Origin: Clostridia bacterium
Lineage (GTDB): Bacteria > Bacillota > Clostridia > Christensenellales > UBA1242
Direction: 5' to 3'
Assembly (NCBI GenBank): GCA_045635805.1
Contig: JAZTWI010000007.1
Location: 2,749-66,748 of the forward strand
DNA: 64,000 nucleotides
Part shown: piece after piece, positions 54,809-63,462 of the stretch
How the letters are laid out: each line of letters begins with the position of its first letter
How positions within the stretch are numbered: position 1 is the stretch's first letter
Program-made: the position numbers and the translations under genes
The notes under the pieces: generated by a model
Told to the model about the DNA's origin: nothing
Seen by the model: only the letters and a program-made list of their open reading frames with translations
Databases searched by the model: none

Positions 54809-56054
54809 ATCTTCTACCAAATATACTTTTTTCTTCTGTTATTTCGTTATCTTCTATATGGTCAACCAGTATTCTTCTGGTTTTTTCTTCAACATATGGT
54901 ATAGAAATACCACCAGCTGCGGACATCACTCCACCAACTACAAAGCACGACCAGATTGGAAATATTATACCAAATGATACTATGACTGTCGTTGATACGA
55001 AATACATATTAATTTTATTTATTATACAATGTATATTTCTACCAACTATCTTACTCTTCATAAGCATTCTATGATAAGAGAAGAAGAATACTAGAGAGTA
55101 ACACATTGCCATTATGCCAACGATAATATAGAATAGTACTAAGTTTTTAATAAATATTAGAGAGATTCCACATATTCCGAGTAGCACACCAAAGCACATA
55201 GACATATTGGTTAAGTCTCTCTTTGCTTCTAGTTTTTCAAAGAAATAACAACCTATTCCATATACACCATCAAATATAGCACTAGCAATAGCGGCTGTTG
55301 TAAATGTACCTGTTATAGTAAACATAAGCAGTGGTAGTAAAATGTACATAGCATTATAACTCTCTTGCAAGAAGTAGAACCAACAATATTCTTTTACAAT
55401 TCTCTTAGATACAATATTAGACCTAGTTGTATCCCTACTCTGAGTTTTAAGTGCAATATGCTCTTGTGTAGAATACTCTTGGTTTCTATTCTCATCTTTC
55501 CTATGCGCTAGATTATATATTATTAGTGGCACAGCGCCTACAAAATATAGTGCAATGGAAATAATAACTAGTATAGTCATATCTAAATAGTCTAGAGCAA
55601 CACCACCAAGTATCGTTCCGACAATTAGTGCCATCTGCCCCATAAGTTTAGTCTTTGCTAAATGTTTACCCGTTCCCCTTTCTCTAGGTGCATTAACGTA
55701 AGCAAAAAGTGCTTCTTTTGGAATATGTTTAAATGTATAACTACAAGAAAACGCTATACCAATGCCAAATACACAAGCCAAAGGATACTGTCCCACAAAT
55801 AGAAGTAGTATTTCATATATAATGATAGGAATTATCCTAAGGAAAGTGAATAACTGCGGTTTTTTGATTAGTTGTTTTTCTAAAATCAAGTCTAAAACAT
55901 AACTAAGGAGATATTGAATGGCAAGAGTAAGCATAGCCATCTGCATTTTATTATGCTCTACATAATTATAAACAATAACAGGAACAAAACCACCAACTAA
56001 CTTGGTGGAAAAATTCGACATAAATCTATTGAAATTTACTAGTACTCTTTCCAT
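54807..56054 (-). CDS. Multi-pass membrane transporter-like protein (MFS-like), paralog A
   Basis: 415 aa with about 12 hydrophobic segments. Shares KKPQLFTFLRIIPIIIYEI and a C-terminal IPYVEEKTRRILVDHIEDNE block with the divergent neighbour. Confidence 0.55.
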   Translation of the reverse strand: MERVLVNFNRFMSNFSTKLVGGFVPVIVYNYVEHNKMQMAMLTLAIQYLLSYVLDLILEKQLIKKPQLFTFLRIIPIIIYEILLLFVGQYPLACVFGIGIAFSCSYTFKHIPKEALFAYVNAPRERGTGKHLAKTKLMGQMALIVGTILGGVALDYLDMTILVIISIALYFVGAVPLIIYNLAHRKDENRNQEYSTQEHIALKTQSRDTTRSNIVSKRIVKEYCWFYFLQESYNAMYILLPLLMFTITGTFTTAAIASAIFDGVYGIGCYFFEKLEAKRDLTNMSMCFGVLLGICGISLIFIKNLVLFYIIVGIMAMCYSLVFFFSYHRMLMKSKIVGRNIHCIINKINMYFVSTTVIVSFGIIFPIWSCFVVGGVMSAAGGISIPYVEEKTRRILVDHIEDNEITEEKSIFGRR

Positions 56055-56252
56055 ATCTTGCCTATAATTTGATTATTTCTTTTGTTATTTTAACATACAA
56101 AATTATATTTTCAAAATAATACCATTTAATAATTTAAAATGATTAAAATCATTTTTAAAAAAATAGTTACTATGGTATATTATTATTGTTAATAATATAT
56201 TTATGTAAATATATTAGTATTTTGACACAAAAATAAAATATAGGTGATAAAA

Positions 56253-57509
56253 ATGAATCAGTTAAAACTGTTAAATTACCACAAGATGATAGCGAACTTT
56301 GCCAATAACTTAATAGGAGCATTTGTATCTCTTATTATCTACCAAGCAACTAATAGCCTAACCTATGCTGTAGTATACTTAGTTATGGTAAATTTCCTAA
56401 GATTTGTCTTTGGTGTATCTCTTAGAAAATTACATTATAAATACCCACAATTATTCCTACTACTTAGAATAATTCCGATAACGCTATATAATATATTTAT
56501 CTTTATACTAGACATAAACTTAGTAATAGGTGTAATAGGTGTATGTATATTCTACGCTATGGACGCTTCTTTCCACTACCTACCTAAGGAATTAATATTC
56601 AACTACTCATCTCTAGACCAATCACAAAAATCAGACAAATCAATCGGTGTAACTAGATTATTTGAACAAGCAGGAATCATTATCGCTATGGTACTAGGTG
56701 GTCTGCTACTAGATATCAATAAAACACTAGTACTTATTCTAGCACTCAGCATCTATACAATCAGTGTAATTCCACTAGTTGTTTACTATATTAAATGTAA
56801 AAATGATAAAACATTTAATAAAGATGCTACATCTAATGCTGTAGACACCCTACTAAAGAAAGAAAAAACTAAAACAAAAACACAGAAACTTAGCAAAAAA
56901 CTAATACTAACATACGGATTTATATATTTCTCTTTTGCATTTATGGACCTACTACAAACAACATTTAGTATGCATGTATTCATAATCAAAGGCGAATTTG
57001 CCTTATCTGGTATTATCAATGCTATATTTAATACCTTCTATGCAATCGGCTGTTATGTAGCAAGTGCAATAAGCCAAAGGAAAGACACAACCAAACTAGT
57101 ATCTATCCTATCTGTAGTTATGGCCATAGTCGTTGTTATCTTACCTTTCGTTGATGTCGACTCAATGTTTATAGTGATTTGTATTATCTATGGTATTATC
57201 GGTATCAGTTATCCATTCCTATCACTATTTGTATTAGATAGAATGCTTATCAAATCTAGAATAATGGCTTGCTCTAATGATGCCCTATTCTCTAGAGAGA
57301 TTAGCTGTCACGTAGCCTATGTCCTTGGATACTCATTTGGATTTATAGGACTAGTTGCAATCTTTATAGTCATCGGTGTATCTATGGCAGCATCTGCTGT
57401 AATCATACCTTGCGGAGAAGAGAGTACCAGAAAACAATTAGTTGACTTCCTTCAAAATAACGAAGTCGTCCACCACAATAAAAGAAAAGCAAAAATAAAA
57501 GAGAGTTAA
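56253..57509 (+). CDS. Multi-pass membrane transporter-like protein (MFS-like), paralog B
   Basis: Start ATG 56253 after AGGTGA; the track start at 56244 is GTG. KYPQLFLLLRIIPITLYNI and IPCGEESTRKQLVDFLQNNE match paralog A. Confidence 0.55.
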   Translation: MNQLKLLNYHKMIANFANNLIGAFVSLIIYQATNSLTYAVVYLVMVNFLRFVFGVSLRKLHYKYPQLFLLLRIIPITLYNIFIFILDINLVIGVIGVCIFYAMDASFHYLPKELIFNYSSLDQSQKSDKSIGVTRLFEQAGIIIAMVLGGLLLDINKTLVLILALSIYTISVIPLVVYYIKCKNDKTFNKDATSNAVDTLLKKEKTKTKTQKLSKKLILTYGFIYFSFAFMDLLQTTFSMHVFIIKGEFALSGIINAIFNTFYAIGCYVASAISQRKDTTKLVSILSVVMAIVVVILPFVDVDSMFIVICIIYGIIGISYPFLSLFVLDRMLIKSRIMACSNDALFSREISCHVAYVLGYSFGFIGLVAIFIVIGVSMAASAVIIPCGEESTRKQLVDFLQNNEVVHHNKRKAKIKES

Positions 57510-57650
57510 AACAACTCTCTTTTTTTATTTCGATGTTTTTCCAAATAAAAACAAAAAAAGAGAGTCTGACTAGGACCCCCTTTACCTAAATATATGTATA
57601 TAGGTAGAATGAAAAATGGAAAAACATTTTAAGTTTATTAAAATGCACCT
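57495..57650 (-). ncRNA. Candidate small transcript (sRNA or 13-codon micro-ORF) driven by an orphan promoter
   Basis: It lies downstream of a near-consensus promoter and no annotated gene follows on this strand. Possible ends are the T run at about 57547 or the reverse face of the 57500-57520 hairpin. It contains the internal hairpin TACCTA..TAGGTA and an ATG-led 13-codon frame (MFFHFSFYLYTYI) without an RBS. Confidence 0.3.
57500..57527 (+). terminator. Terminator of paralog B gene
   Basis: AGAGAGTT-AAAAC-AACTCTCT followed by TTTTTTT. The stop codon lies inside the hairpin. Confidence 0.7.
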
Positions 57651-57652
57651 AT

Positions 57653-57681
57653 AGTGTAACACCGAAACCACCCACTGTCAA
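57653..57681 (-). promoter_or_regulatory. Near-consensus sigma-A promoter with no downstream protein gene
   Basis: Minus strand TTGACA (57676-57681), 17 nt, TACACT (57653-57658), followed by ATAGGTGCATTT. The same sequence follows the late-regulator promoter at 15871-15889. Confidence 0.55.
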
Positions 57682-57841
57682 TACCTTTCCAAAAAATTTT
57701 TGTTTATATCAAAATTAATGGCTATTTTAAGCCAAAAAACAACAAAAATTTATTTGCAAACAAATTTAAAAACTTGAAAAAATTTCATAAAATTCAATAT
57801 TTGTCAAATAATTTAATATAATTTGTTTATGTTTTAATAAC

Positions 57842-57877
57842 AAAAAAATAGGGCCATATATTATGTATATGGTCCTA
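57842..57877 (-). terminator. hpf terminator
   Basis: AGGACCATATA / TATATGGCCCT stem with one mismatch (57850-57876), then TTTTTTT on the minus strand. Confidence 0.6.
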
Positions 57878-57884
57878 CAATTTA

Positions 57885-58412
57885 TTATTTAACTACTTCG
57901 ATTAAACCTAAGTTACCATCGTTTCTCTTATAAATTACATTGATTTCGCCTGTTTCGCCATTAAGGAAAACATAGAAATTATGTCCTACAGCTTCCATAA
58001 ATGCTATAGCATCTTCTACACTGATAGGGTCTAATTCAAAAGTCTTAGTCTTAACTACTCTAGCAGCGATTGGTTCTGGCTCTTCTTCGATAAACTCAAA
58101 TGAATCAGCAACCACTCTTTCGGCAAATTTATTTTTATACTTTTTATTGTTCTTAACTATTTGCTTCTCTAGTTTTGGCAAAGCCATATCAATATTGTTG
58201 TACATATTATCGGAAGTAACTTCACTTCTTAAGAATAATCCAGCACTATTGATAGTGATTTCTAATTTGCATATATCATTTTGCTCTGTACATGCAACTT
58301 TCAAATCAACATCTTTGCTAAAATATTTCTCTAGTTTTGAAAGTTTTTTCTCGATAACATCTTTAAATTTATCGGAGATTTTGTAATTTTTTGCAACATA
58401 TTTTATATCCAT
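57885..58412 (-). CDS. hpf: Ribosome hibernation promoting factor (long HPF)
   Basis: Start MDIKYVAKNYKISDKFKD at ATG 58412 behind GAAGGAGAG. RaiA-like N-domain plus the C-terminal dimerisation domain (MEAVGHNFYVFLNGETGEINVIYKRNDGNLGLI). Confidence 0.88.
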   Translation of the reverse strand: MDIKYVAKNYKISDKFKDVIEKKLSKLEKYFSKDVDLKVACTEQNDICKLEITINSAGLFLRSEVTSDNMYNNIDMALPKLEKQIVKNNKKYKNKFAERVVADSFEFIEEEPEPIAARVVKTKTFELDPISVEDAIAFMEAVGHNFYVFLNGETGEINVIYKRNDGNLGLIEVVK

Positions 58413-58518
58413 AAATCTCTCCTTCCCATATTTATATATGGTTTTTAATTTTTGTAGACACATATATATCTACACTTTTATTTTATCAAATATATATAAA
58501 TTTACCAAATATTTTACA

Positions 58519-61053
58519 CTAATTTTCTCTGCCTGTAACCTTAAAGTTCAGTTTACCATCTCTAGCAGAAATAATTATAGTAGAATTAGCACTGATACTA
58601 CCATCTAGTAGTTGTTCTGCTAGTCTATCTTCTATCTCCTGCTCTATTAGTCTTCTTAGTGGTCTGGCACCATATTCACTATCATAACCCTTGTGAATTA
58701 GGTATTTAAGAGCACTCTCGGTAATTTTTAGACTAGCTCCACGATTTTGAAGTCTCTTATTGAGACCTGTAATAAATAGTTTAGCAATTTGAGATAATTG
58801 TGCAGTATTAAGTGGATGAAATACAGTAACAACATCTATTCTATTTAAGAATTCTGGCCTAAAGTGTTTCTTTAGTGCACCTGTTAGTATCTCTTTGATT
58901 TCTTCATAGTCTAGTTCTTTATTTTGTTCTTCATCTGCTCCAAAGCCAAGAGCACCTTTCTTCTTAGGAAGTTCACTAACACCCACATTAGAAGTAAAGA
59001 TAATAATAGTATTTTTAAACGATACAGTCCTTCCCTGACTATCGGTTAACCTTCCATCATCTAGTACTTGCAAAAGTAAATTAAATACATCAGGGTGAGC
59101 CTTCTCTATTTCATCAAATAGAACTACTGAATAAGGTTTTCTCCTAACCTTCTCTGTTAATTGTCCACCTTCATCAAAGCCAATGTATCCAGGGGGAGAA
59201 CCAATTAGCTTACTTACACTATGCTTCTCCATATACTCACTCATATCTAGTCTAATAACAGCTGTTTCACTATCAAACATCGCTTCGGCTAGAGCCTTAC
59301 ATAGTTCTGTCTTACCAACACCTGTTTGTCCTAGGAACATAAAGCTACCTATAGGTCTATTATTGTCCTTAAGACCAATTCTTGCCTTCCTAATAGCTTT
59401 ACTAACAGCGATAACTGCTTCGTTTTGACCAATAACTCTTTTGTGTAAAATATCTTCTAGTTTAAGTAGTCTATCTCTCTCGTTTTCTGTGATTTTAGTA
59501 ATAGGAATCTTAGTCCAATCACTGATAATATTACATATATCGTCTTGAGTGATTACTAGTTCATTTAATCCATAATTTTGAGAAGTAAATTCTTTGATTT
59601 TCTCTTGTGCATCTCTAATTTTATCTCTATACTCTCCTGCTTTCTCAAAGTTCTCAGCAAAGAGTGCTTCTTTCTTCTCTACTTCGTATCTAGCGATGTC
59701 TTCTTCTAGTCTAACTAATTCTTCAGGTTTTTTCTTGCCTACAACTTTTGCTCTACTACTAGCTTCGTCAATTAAGTCTATTGCCTTGTCTGGCAGACTC
59801 CTACCCATAATATATCTATCACTAAGAGATGCCGCAGCAACTATCGCTTCATCAGCTATCTTTACCTTATGGAATACTTCAAAACTATCTTTGAGACCCC
59901 TTAGAATCTCAATAGTTTGTTGCACTGATGGTGGATTAACCATTACAGGCTGAAATCTTCTCTCTAAGGCTTTATCTTTCTCAATATACTTTCTATACTC
60001 ATCAGTTGTTGTAGCACCAATAGTTTGGAATTCTCCCCTAGCAAGATATGGCTTAAGCATATCTGCAGGATTAACTTCGCCCTTATCTCCACCAACTTGT
60101 ACTAGAGTATGAATCTCATCAATAAATACGATAATGTCTTTGTTATTACAGATGTAATCAATTAATTGCTTTAGTCTCTCTTCTAATTCACCCCTATACT
60201 TAGTTCCAGCCATTAAACCACCTAGTTCTAGTGAGAAAATAGTTTTTCCTTTTAGTAGTTCTGGAACTTCGTTACTTGCAATAGCAAGGGCTAGACCATC
60301 AACCACAGCACTCTTACCTACACCTGCTTCACCGATAAGCACAGGGTTGTTTTTATTCTTTCTACATAGTATTTCTATAACTCTAGCAATTTCTTCTTTT
60401 CTACCTATAATAGGGTCAATTTTGCCATCTCTTGCTTTTTGAGTCAAATCCCTACCCATAGACTTTATAAAGTCTGGTATCTCACCAGGCGCAGATTCTC
60501 TAGCATAATCATTTTGTCTATTTTCTTGATAGCCATAATCATTGTGTCCTACACCATAATAGGAATTACTAGGGTTATTATAGCTATAACTATTCATACC
60601 ACCTAGTGCTGTAGATTTTAAAATTTGCAAAACACTATTCTTTATCTCATTTATATTTACTCTAAAGTTCTTCTTTATAATATTCCCTGCAGAATAATTA
60701 TCTCCTGTAAGAATTGCAATAAGTAAATGCTCTGTTCCAACAAAGTCGTGACCTATCTGCATAGCAAACTGACTAGCAATAGAGATTATCTCTTTACCAT
60801 CAATAGTTAGGTCTACTTCGTTTGCAATCATCGTACTAGCACCCTTGTATAGTTTAGCAAAAAGATTATCTAAAGCAGTGCTAGTGATACCATAAGAAGA
60901 TAGTACCTTATTAGATAAACTATCTGGAATCTTTGTTAGTCCATACAAGATATGTTCACTATCTATCGCAAATTTACCATATTGTAAAGCAATACTACCA
61001 GCGTATTGAAGTGCTAAATCTGCATTGTCTGTAAATCTAATATTATTATACAT
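58519..61053 (-). CDS. clpC: ATP-dependent Clp protease ATP-binding subunit ClpC
   Basis: Double Clp-N repeat. AAA1 GEAGVGKSA with DEIH; UVR-like middle domain; AAA2 GQTGVGKTE with FDEIEKAH; GARPLRR sensor. Confidence 0.92.
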   Translation of the reverse strand: MYNNIRFTDNADLALQYAGSIALQYGKFAIDSEHILYGLTKIPDSLSNKVLSSYGITSTALDNLFAKLYKGASTMIANEVDLTIDGKEIISIASQFAMQIGHDFVGTEHLLIAILTGDNYSAGNIIKKNFRVNINEIKNSVLQILKSTALGGMNSYSYNNPSNSYYGVGHNDYGYQENRQNDYARESAPGEIPDFIKSMGRDLTQKARDGKIDPIIGRKEEIARVIEILCRKNKNNPVLIGEAGVGKSAVVDGLALAIASNEVPELLKGKTIFSLELGGLMAGTKYRGELEERLKQLIDYICNNKDIIVFIDEIHTLVQVGGDKGEVNPADMLKPYLARGEFQTIGATTTDEYRKYIEKDKALERRFQPVMVNPPSVQQTIEILRGLKDSFEVFHKVKIADEAIVAAASLSDRYIMGRSLPDKAIDLIDEASSRAKVVGKKKPEELVRLEEDIARYEVEKKEALFAENFEKAGEYRDKIRDAQEKIKEFTSQNYGLNELVITQDDICNIISDWTKIPITKITENERDRLLKLEDILHKRVIGQNEAVIAVSKAIRKARIGLKDNNRPIGSFMFLGQTGVGKTELCKALAEAMFDSETAVIRLDMSEYMEKHSVSKLIGSPPGYIGFDEGGQLTEKVRRKPYSVVLFDEIEKAHPDVFNLLLQVLDDGRLTDSQGRTVSFKNTIIIFTSNVGVSELPKKKGALGFGADEEQNKELDYEEIKEILTGALKKHFRPEFLNRIDVVTVFHPLNTAQLSQIAKLFITGLNKRLQNRGASLKITESALKYLIHKGYDSEYGARPLRRLIEQEIEDRLAEQLLDGSISANSTIIISARDGKLNFKVTGREN

Positions 61054-61474
61054 TGTTATCTCCTTTGTCTAAAGAATCTATTTCTCTTTTTATTTCACTA
61101 GCCCTTTCGTAATTCTCCATCTCAACTGCTTGGTTTAGTTCCCTTCTTAAATTCATAAGTTTAAGAGCGTTAGGATTGTCTTTTACTTCATCTCTAAATT
61201 TATTAGCACCTAGTCTTATCGAGTTTTTTGCTTGGTCAATAATGCTGTCTTTTCTTTTGACCCCAGCATATGCAGGAGAAAAATTAATCTGTGGTATAAA
61301 GTCAAATCCAAAGCTAGGAGAAAAGAAATCTTCAAATATATTAAAGTAATCATCTCTCATAATATAACTAGCACTAGCACACTCACTGCATAAATGCTCT
61401 TCTCTAGTATCACCATTTATGGTCATCTTATAAAATGTTGTTGCTTCTCTTAGTCTACATCTATCACAAACCAT
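61046..61474 (-). CDS. McsA-like UVR-domain zinc-finger protein
   Basis: CDRC...CSEC zinc finger plus a UVR motif LRRELNQAVEMENYERASEIKREIDSL. Lies between ctsR and clpC and overlaps clpC by 8 nt. Confidence 0.65.
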   Translation of the reverse strand: MVCDRCRLREATTFYKMTINGDTREEHLCSECASASYIMRDDYFNIFEDFFSPSFGFDFIPQINFSPAYAGVKRKDSIIDQAKNSIRLGANKFRDEVKDNPNALKLMNLRRELNQAVEMENYERASEIKREIDSLDKGDNNV

Positions 61475-61476
61475 AA

Positions 61477-61935
61477 TTATTTCCCCCTTAAATAATTTAT
61501 TAATACTGTTTTTAAAATATTTGCTCTTTGTTTATTTTCTATCCTAACAGGCATCGAAAGTGCCTTTGGCGATACTGCAGAACTAAGTACAAATCTAGCA
61601 GAATCATCAATGATATCAAGACTGTAAAGATTATCAAGTATTTTAATTGCAGTGTTATAATCAATTTCGTCTTCTAATGTCGTAGATATTAGTTCTCTAA
61701 TATAATCATTCTTTTCGTAATTCACCCTAATGAGTCTAATAAACCCACCACCACCACGATGGGATTCTACTATATACCCCTTAGGTGCTGTAAATCTAGT
61801 AGACAATACATAATTAATCTGACTAGGCGCACAACTGAAAAAATTGGCAAGTTCATTCCTTGACAAATCTATATTATCACTGTCTTCTAATTGTTCTAAA
61901 ATAAATTCTTCTATGATATCACTAATATTTGACAT
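61477..61935 (-). CDS. ctsR: Class III stress-gene repressor CtsR
   Basis: MSNISDIIEEFI.., winged-HTH SQINYVLSTRFT and the glycine loop ESHRGGGGFIRL. Confidence 0.9.
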   Translation of the reverse strand: MSNISDIIEEFILEQLEDSDNIDLSRNELANFFSCAPSQINYVLSTRFTAPKGYIVESHRGGGGFIRLIRVNYEKNDYIRELISTTLEDEIDYNTAIKILDNLYSLDIIDDSARFVLSSAVSPKALSMPVRIENKQRANILKTVLINYLRGK

Positions 61936-61952
61936 ATAACACCTTTGTAAAG

Positions 61953-61969
61953 TTTGACTTTCTTTGACC
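61953..61969 (-). promoter_or_regulatory. CtsR operator (canonical heptad direct repeat)
   Basis: Minus strand GGTCAAA-GAA-AGTCAAA matches the published consensus (A/G)GTCAAA-NAN-(A/G)GTCAAA exactly. It sits 12 nt downstream of the -10 element. Confidence 0.8.
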
Positions 61970-61980
61970 TTTACACTATT

Positions 61981-62009
61981 ATATTACTCTTTCAAAACCA
62001 CATTGTCAA
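61981..62009 (-). promoter_or_regulatory. Sigma-A promoter of the ctsR operon
   Basis: TTGACA (62004-62009), 17 nt, TAATAT (61981-61986). Confidence 0.65.
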
Positions 62010-62161
62010 GAACTTTTTACACATAATTTTTATATATACAATAAATAAAAAGCACTAATTATAGTGCTTTTTAATACTTTTGCATAATAAAATAAATTTT
62101 TATATTTTAATTTTATTTCATAATTTTTGACCATAATAATATAAAATAAACTTATCTCAAA

Positions 62162-62180
62162 GGTCAAACTAAAGGTCAAA
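62162..62180 (+). promoter_or_regulatory. Second CtsR-like heptad pair with 5-nt spacer
   Basis: GGTCAAA-CTAAA-GGTCAAA on the plus strand, plus an inverted TTTGACC at 62126-62132. The right heptad overlaps the stop codon of the deaminase gene. Confidence 0.3.
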
Positions 62181-63453
62181 TACCCTTCTCATCTAGTCTA
62201 GCGATTATTTTATTGCAGTGTTTAACCACATCTTCGTATACTGCATTACAATAATACTGTCCATCTCTATATAATATTTTACCATTTACCATAGTCATAA
62301 TAACGTTATTAGACTCACAAGCGTTGACTAGATTATTATATATATTATTTAGTGGTTGCATATTAGGTTTATGAATATCTATCATAATAATGTCTGCTAG
62401 ATACCCTTCTTCTATTCTGCCGATATCTTTATAACCAAGAGCGAGTGCACCCCTAAGCGTTGCCATCTTAAGAGCATCAATTGTGGTAATCGCCCTAGCC
62501 TGATTAAGTACCCCTGCTTGTAAATTGTCTGCTAGATACATTTCCTTAAACATATTTAGGTTATTGTTACTAGCAGCACCATCTGTACCGATAGACACAT
62601 TGATTTTATTTTTTACAAAACTATATAGTGGAGCAATACCACTACCAAGGATTAGATTGCTACTAGGATTTGTAGCAACTGTTATATCGTAGTTACTCAT
62701 TATCTCTATGTCATTCTTATCACAATGTACGCAATGTGCTAGAACTGATGGACTATCAAAGAATCCATAACTCTCTAGTAACTCAATAGGAGTCATATTG
62801 TGCTTAGCAGCAATATCTCCCACTTCTTTTAGTGTTTCACTTGCGTGTGTAGACTTAATAAGATTATGTTTAACTGCATACTTATTAAGTTCTGCAAATT
62901 GGCTTTCATCACAACTATATAGACTATGAGCATATAGTATAGGCTTAATTATCTCTGATACACTAATATCTTCTATCTCTTTATCTAGAAATTCTTCACT
63001 AATGATTTCTCTACCATTAATAGCACCTACACCAATACAAGTACGAATACCTGTATCAATTACAGCCTTAGCAGTCTCTCTAGGGTTGATATAGAAATCT
63101 GCAACTGTTGTTACACCATTTTTAATAAGCTCGAGCATTCCTAACATCGCACCATAATAGCAGTCATCTGTCTCCAACTTCTCTTCTAGTGGTCTCATAT
63201 AGTCTAGCCACCAGTTATTAAAATTAGAATTCTCAGCATAGCCCCTAAAAAGTGTCATTGCTAGATGACAGTGAGTGTTTACAAAACCTGGCATAATAAT
63301 ATTGCCTTTAGCGTCAATAATATCGCCTTCTTCTTCCCTTATAGAGCCTACATAAGTAATCTTACTGTCTTCTATCTCTACCTGTCCATTTCTAATAATC
63401 TCATTGTCTTTATTCATAGTAACAATGATTGCATTCTTAATTATTTTCTTCAT
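62176..63453 (-). CDS. mtaD: Amidohydrolase, MtaD-like 5-methylthioadenosine/S-adenosylhomocysteine deaminase
   Basis: PGFVNTHCHLAMTLFRGYAE metal motif, HASE, AHCVH and GTDGAASNN motifs of the ATZ/TRZ-MtaD subgroup. Confidence 0.7.
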   Translation of the reverse strand: MKKIIKNAIIVTMNKDNEIIRNGQVEIEDSKITYVGSIREEEGDIIDAKGNIIMPGFVNTHCHLAMTLFRGYAENSNFNNWWLDYMRPLEEKLETDDCYYGAMLGMLELIKNGVTTVADFYINPRETAKAVIDTGIRTCIGVGAINGREIISEEFLDKEIEDISVSEIIKPILYAHSLYSCDESQFAELNKYAVKHNLIKSTHASETLKEVGDIAAKHNMTPIELLESYGFFDSPSVLAHCVHCDKNDIEIMSNYDITVATNPSSNLILGSGIAPLYSFVKNKINVSIGTDGAASNNNLNMFKEMYLADNLQAGVLNQARAITTIDALKMATLRGALALGYKDIGRIEEGYLADIIMIDIHKPNMQPLNNIYNNLVNACESNNVIMTMVNGKILYRDGQYYCNAVYEDVVKHCNKIIARLDEKGI

Positions 63454-63462
63454 ATGTTTCCT

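Noticed and set aside
56222-56250. TTGACA-based promoter immediately upstream of paralog B
   Set aside because: The only -10 candidate at correct spacing overlaps the RBS and leaves no 5-prime UTR. I could not support a confident promoter call.
57850-57876. dif/Xer-like site (ATATATTATGTA core)
   Set aside because: The arms do not match the Firmicute dif consensus (ACTTCCTAGAA / TTATGTAAACT). The element is an inverted repeat followed by a T run directly after hpf, so it is a terminator.
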